Below, in pieces: positions 63,421 to 64,000 of a stretch of 64,000 nucleotides of DNA. The DNA comes from Lama glama. Taxonomy: Eukaryota. A model generated the notes under the pieces. The model did no database searches. It saw only the letters and a list, made by a program, of their open reading frames with translations, and was not told the DNA's origin. Made by a program: the position numbers and the translations under genes. The stretch covers positions 3,536,001-3,600,000 of the forward strand of contig CM052818.1 of NCBI GenBank assembly GCA_028534125.1, given 5' to 3'. Each line of letters opens with the position of its first letter. Positions within the stretch are counted from its first letter, which is position 1.

Positions 63421-64000
63421 GAAAAGTGAATGTGTGTATTGGGGGAAATGAGGAAATGGAGTTCCTGTCACACTTCCCAAATCTCTTATCTTGAATTATT
63501 TACTTATTCCTGCTAGTTGCCTTATTGGATTAACTCATTTGTATGCTTTTTATTAGAGAGAGAACATGTTGACAGCTAGTTCTAATCAAGTTTGAGTCCC
63601 TCTGCATCTGAAAACCACCTGCTTCAAACCCCTCTTTGCATCATCACCCAAAGTGTATTCTGGGAAATCCTATGAAGTTTTAGGCAAAAGAGTCCCAAGA
63701 TCAAAAAAAGTCTGACAAACATCGCATTCTGTATAACGTTCTCTTGCGGGTTGCCATGCACAGTCACGCGTGAAGTTTCGCTAGAAAGAAATCTGCTCAA
63801 TGTATTTTGATCACTATGTTAAAACTTATTTGCCCACCTTTTAAAATAACATCTAGTAACACATAATATCCTGTGGAATACGCTTTGGGAAATGTTGATG
63901 AAGTGGGCCTGGAAGGTTTGAATGAATGTGAAGGTGAAAGTTTGTCCATCACGTACTCTTGTCTTCCCTTCTCCATTTTCTCACACTTGAACAGGAATCT

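Noticed and set aside
59879..64000. Search for the next AAK1 exon (LTDPIPTTE...) and for an intronic snoRNA/snRNA copy
   Set aside because: Neither was recognisable by eye. The next exon is presumably beyond the window. An Infernal/Rfam scan would be needed to exclude small RNAs.

Overview
Mammalian genomic DNA, most likely from a camelid (camel, alpaca or llama), judging by six copies of a tRNA-derived SINE resembling the camelid Vic-1 family. The whole window lies inside the AAK1 gene (AP2-associated kinase 1, NAK family) on the + strand. Eight internal coding exons (exons 3-10 by human numbering, recalled from memory) splice GT-AG in one continuous frame. They encode about residues 55-352: almost the whole kinase domain plus the start of the tail. 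The first 30 kb are the 3' part of a very long intron 2. The start-codon exon and the exon after 59878 lie outside the window. The rest is intron filled with L1, L2, CR1/L3, MIR, MaLR LTRs, DNA-transposon MITEs and SINEs; repeat subfamily names come from my recall of consensus sequences and their boundaries are approximate. Nearly all ORFs in the supplied track are chance ORFs, repeat fragments or exon read-throughs. I see no convincing new multi-gene system. The best leads are small: an abutting D-box + RORE clock element in unique intron-2 DNA, an extreme twin-primed L1 inversion, a 95-bp orphan retro-insertion with a perfect TSD, a three-layer nested insertion, an L1 tail in the branch-point zone of exon 10, and a duplication-created acceptor that opens an in-frame alternative exit after the kinase domain.
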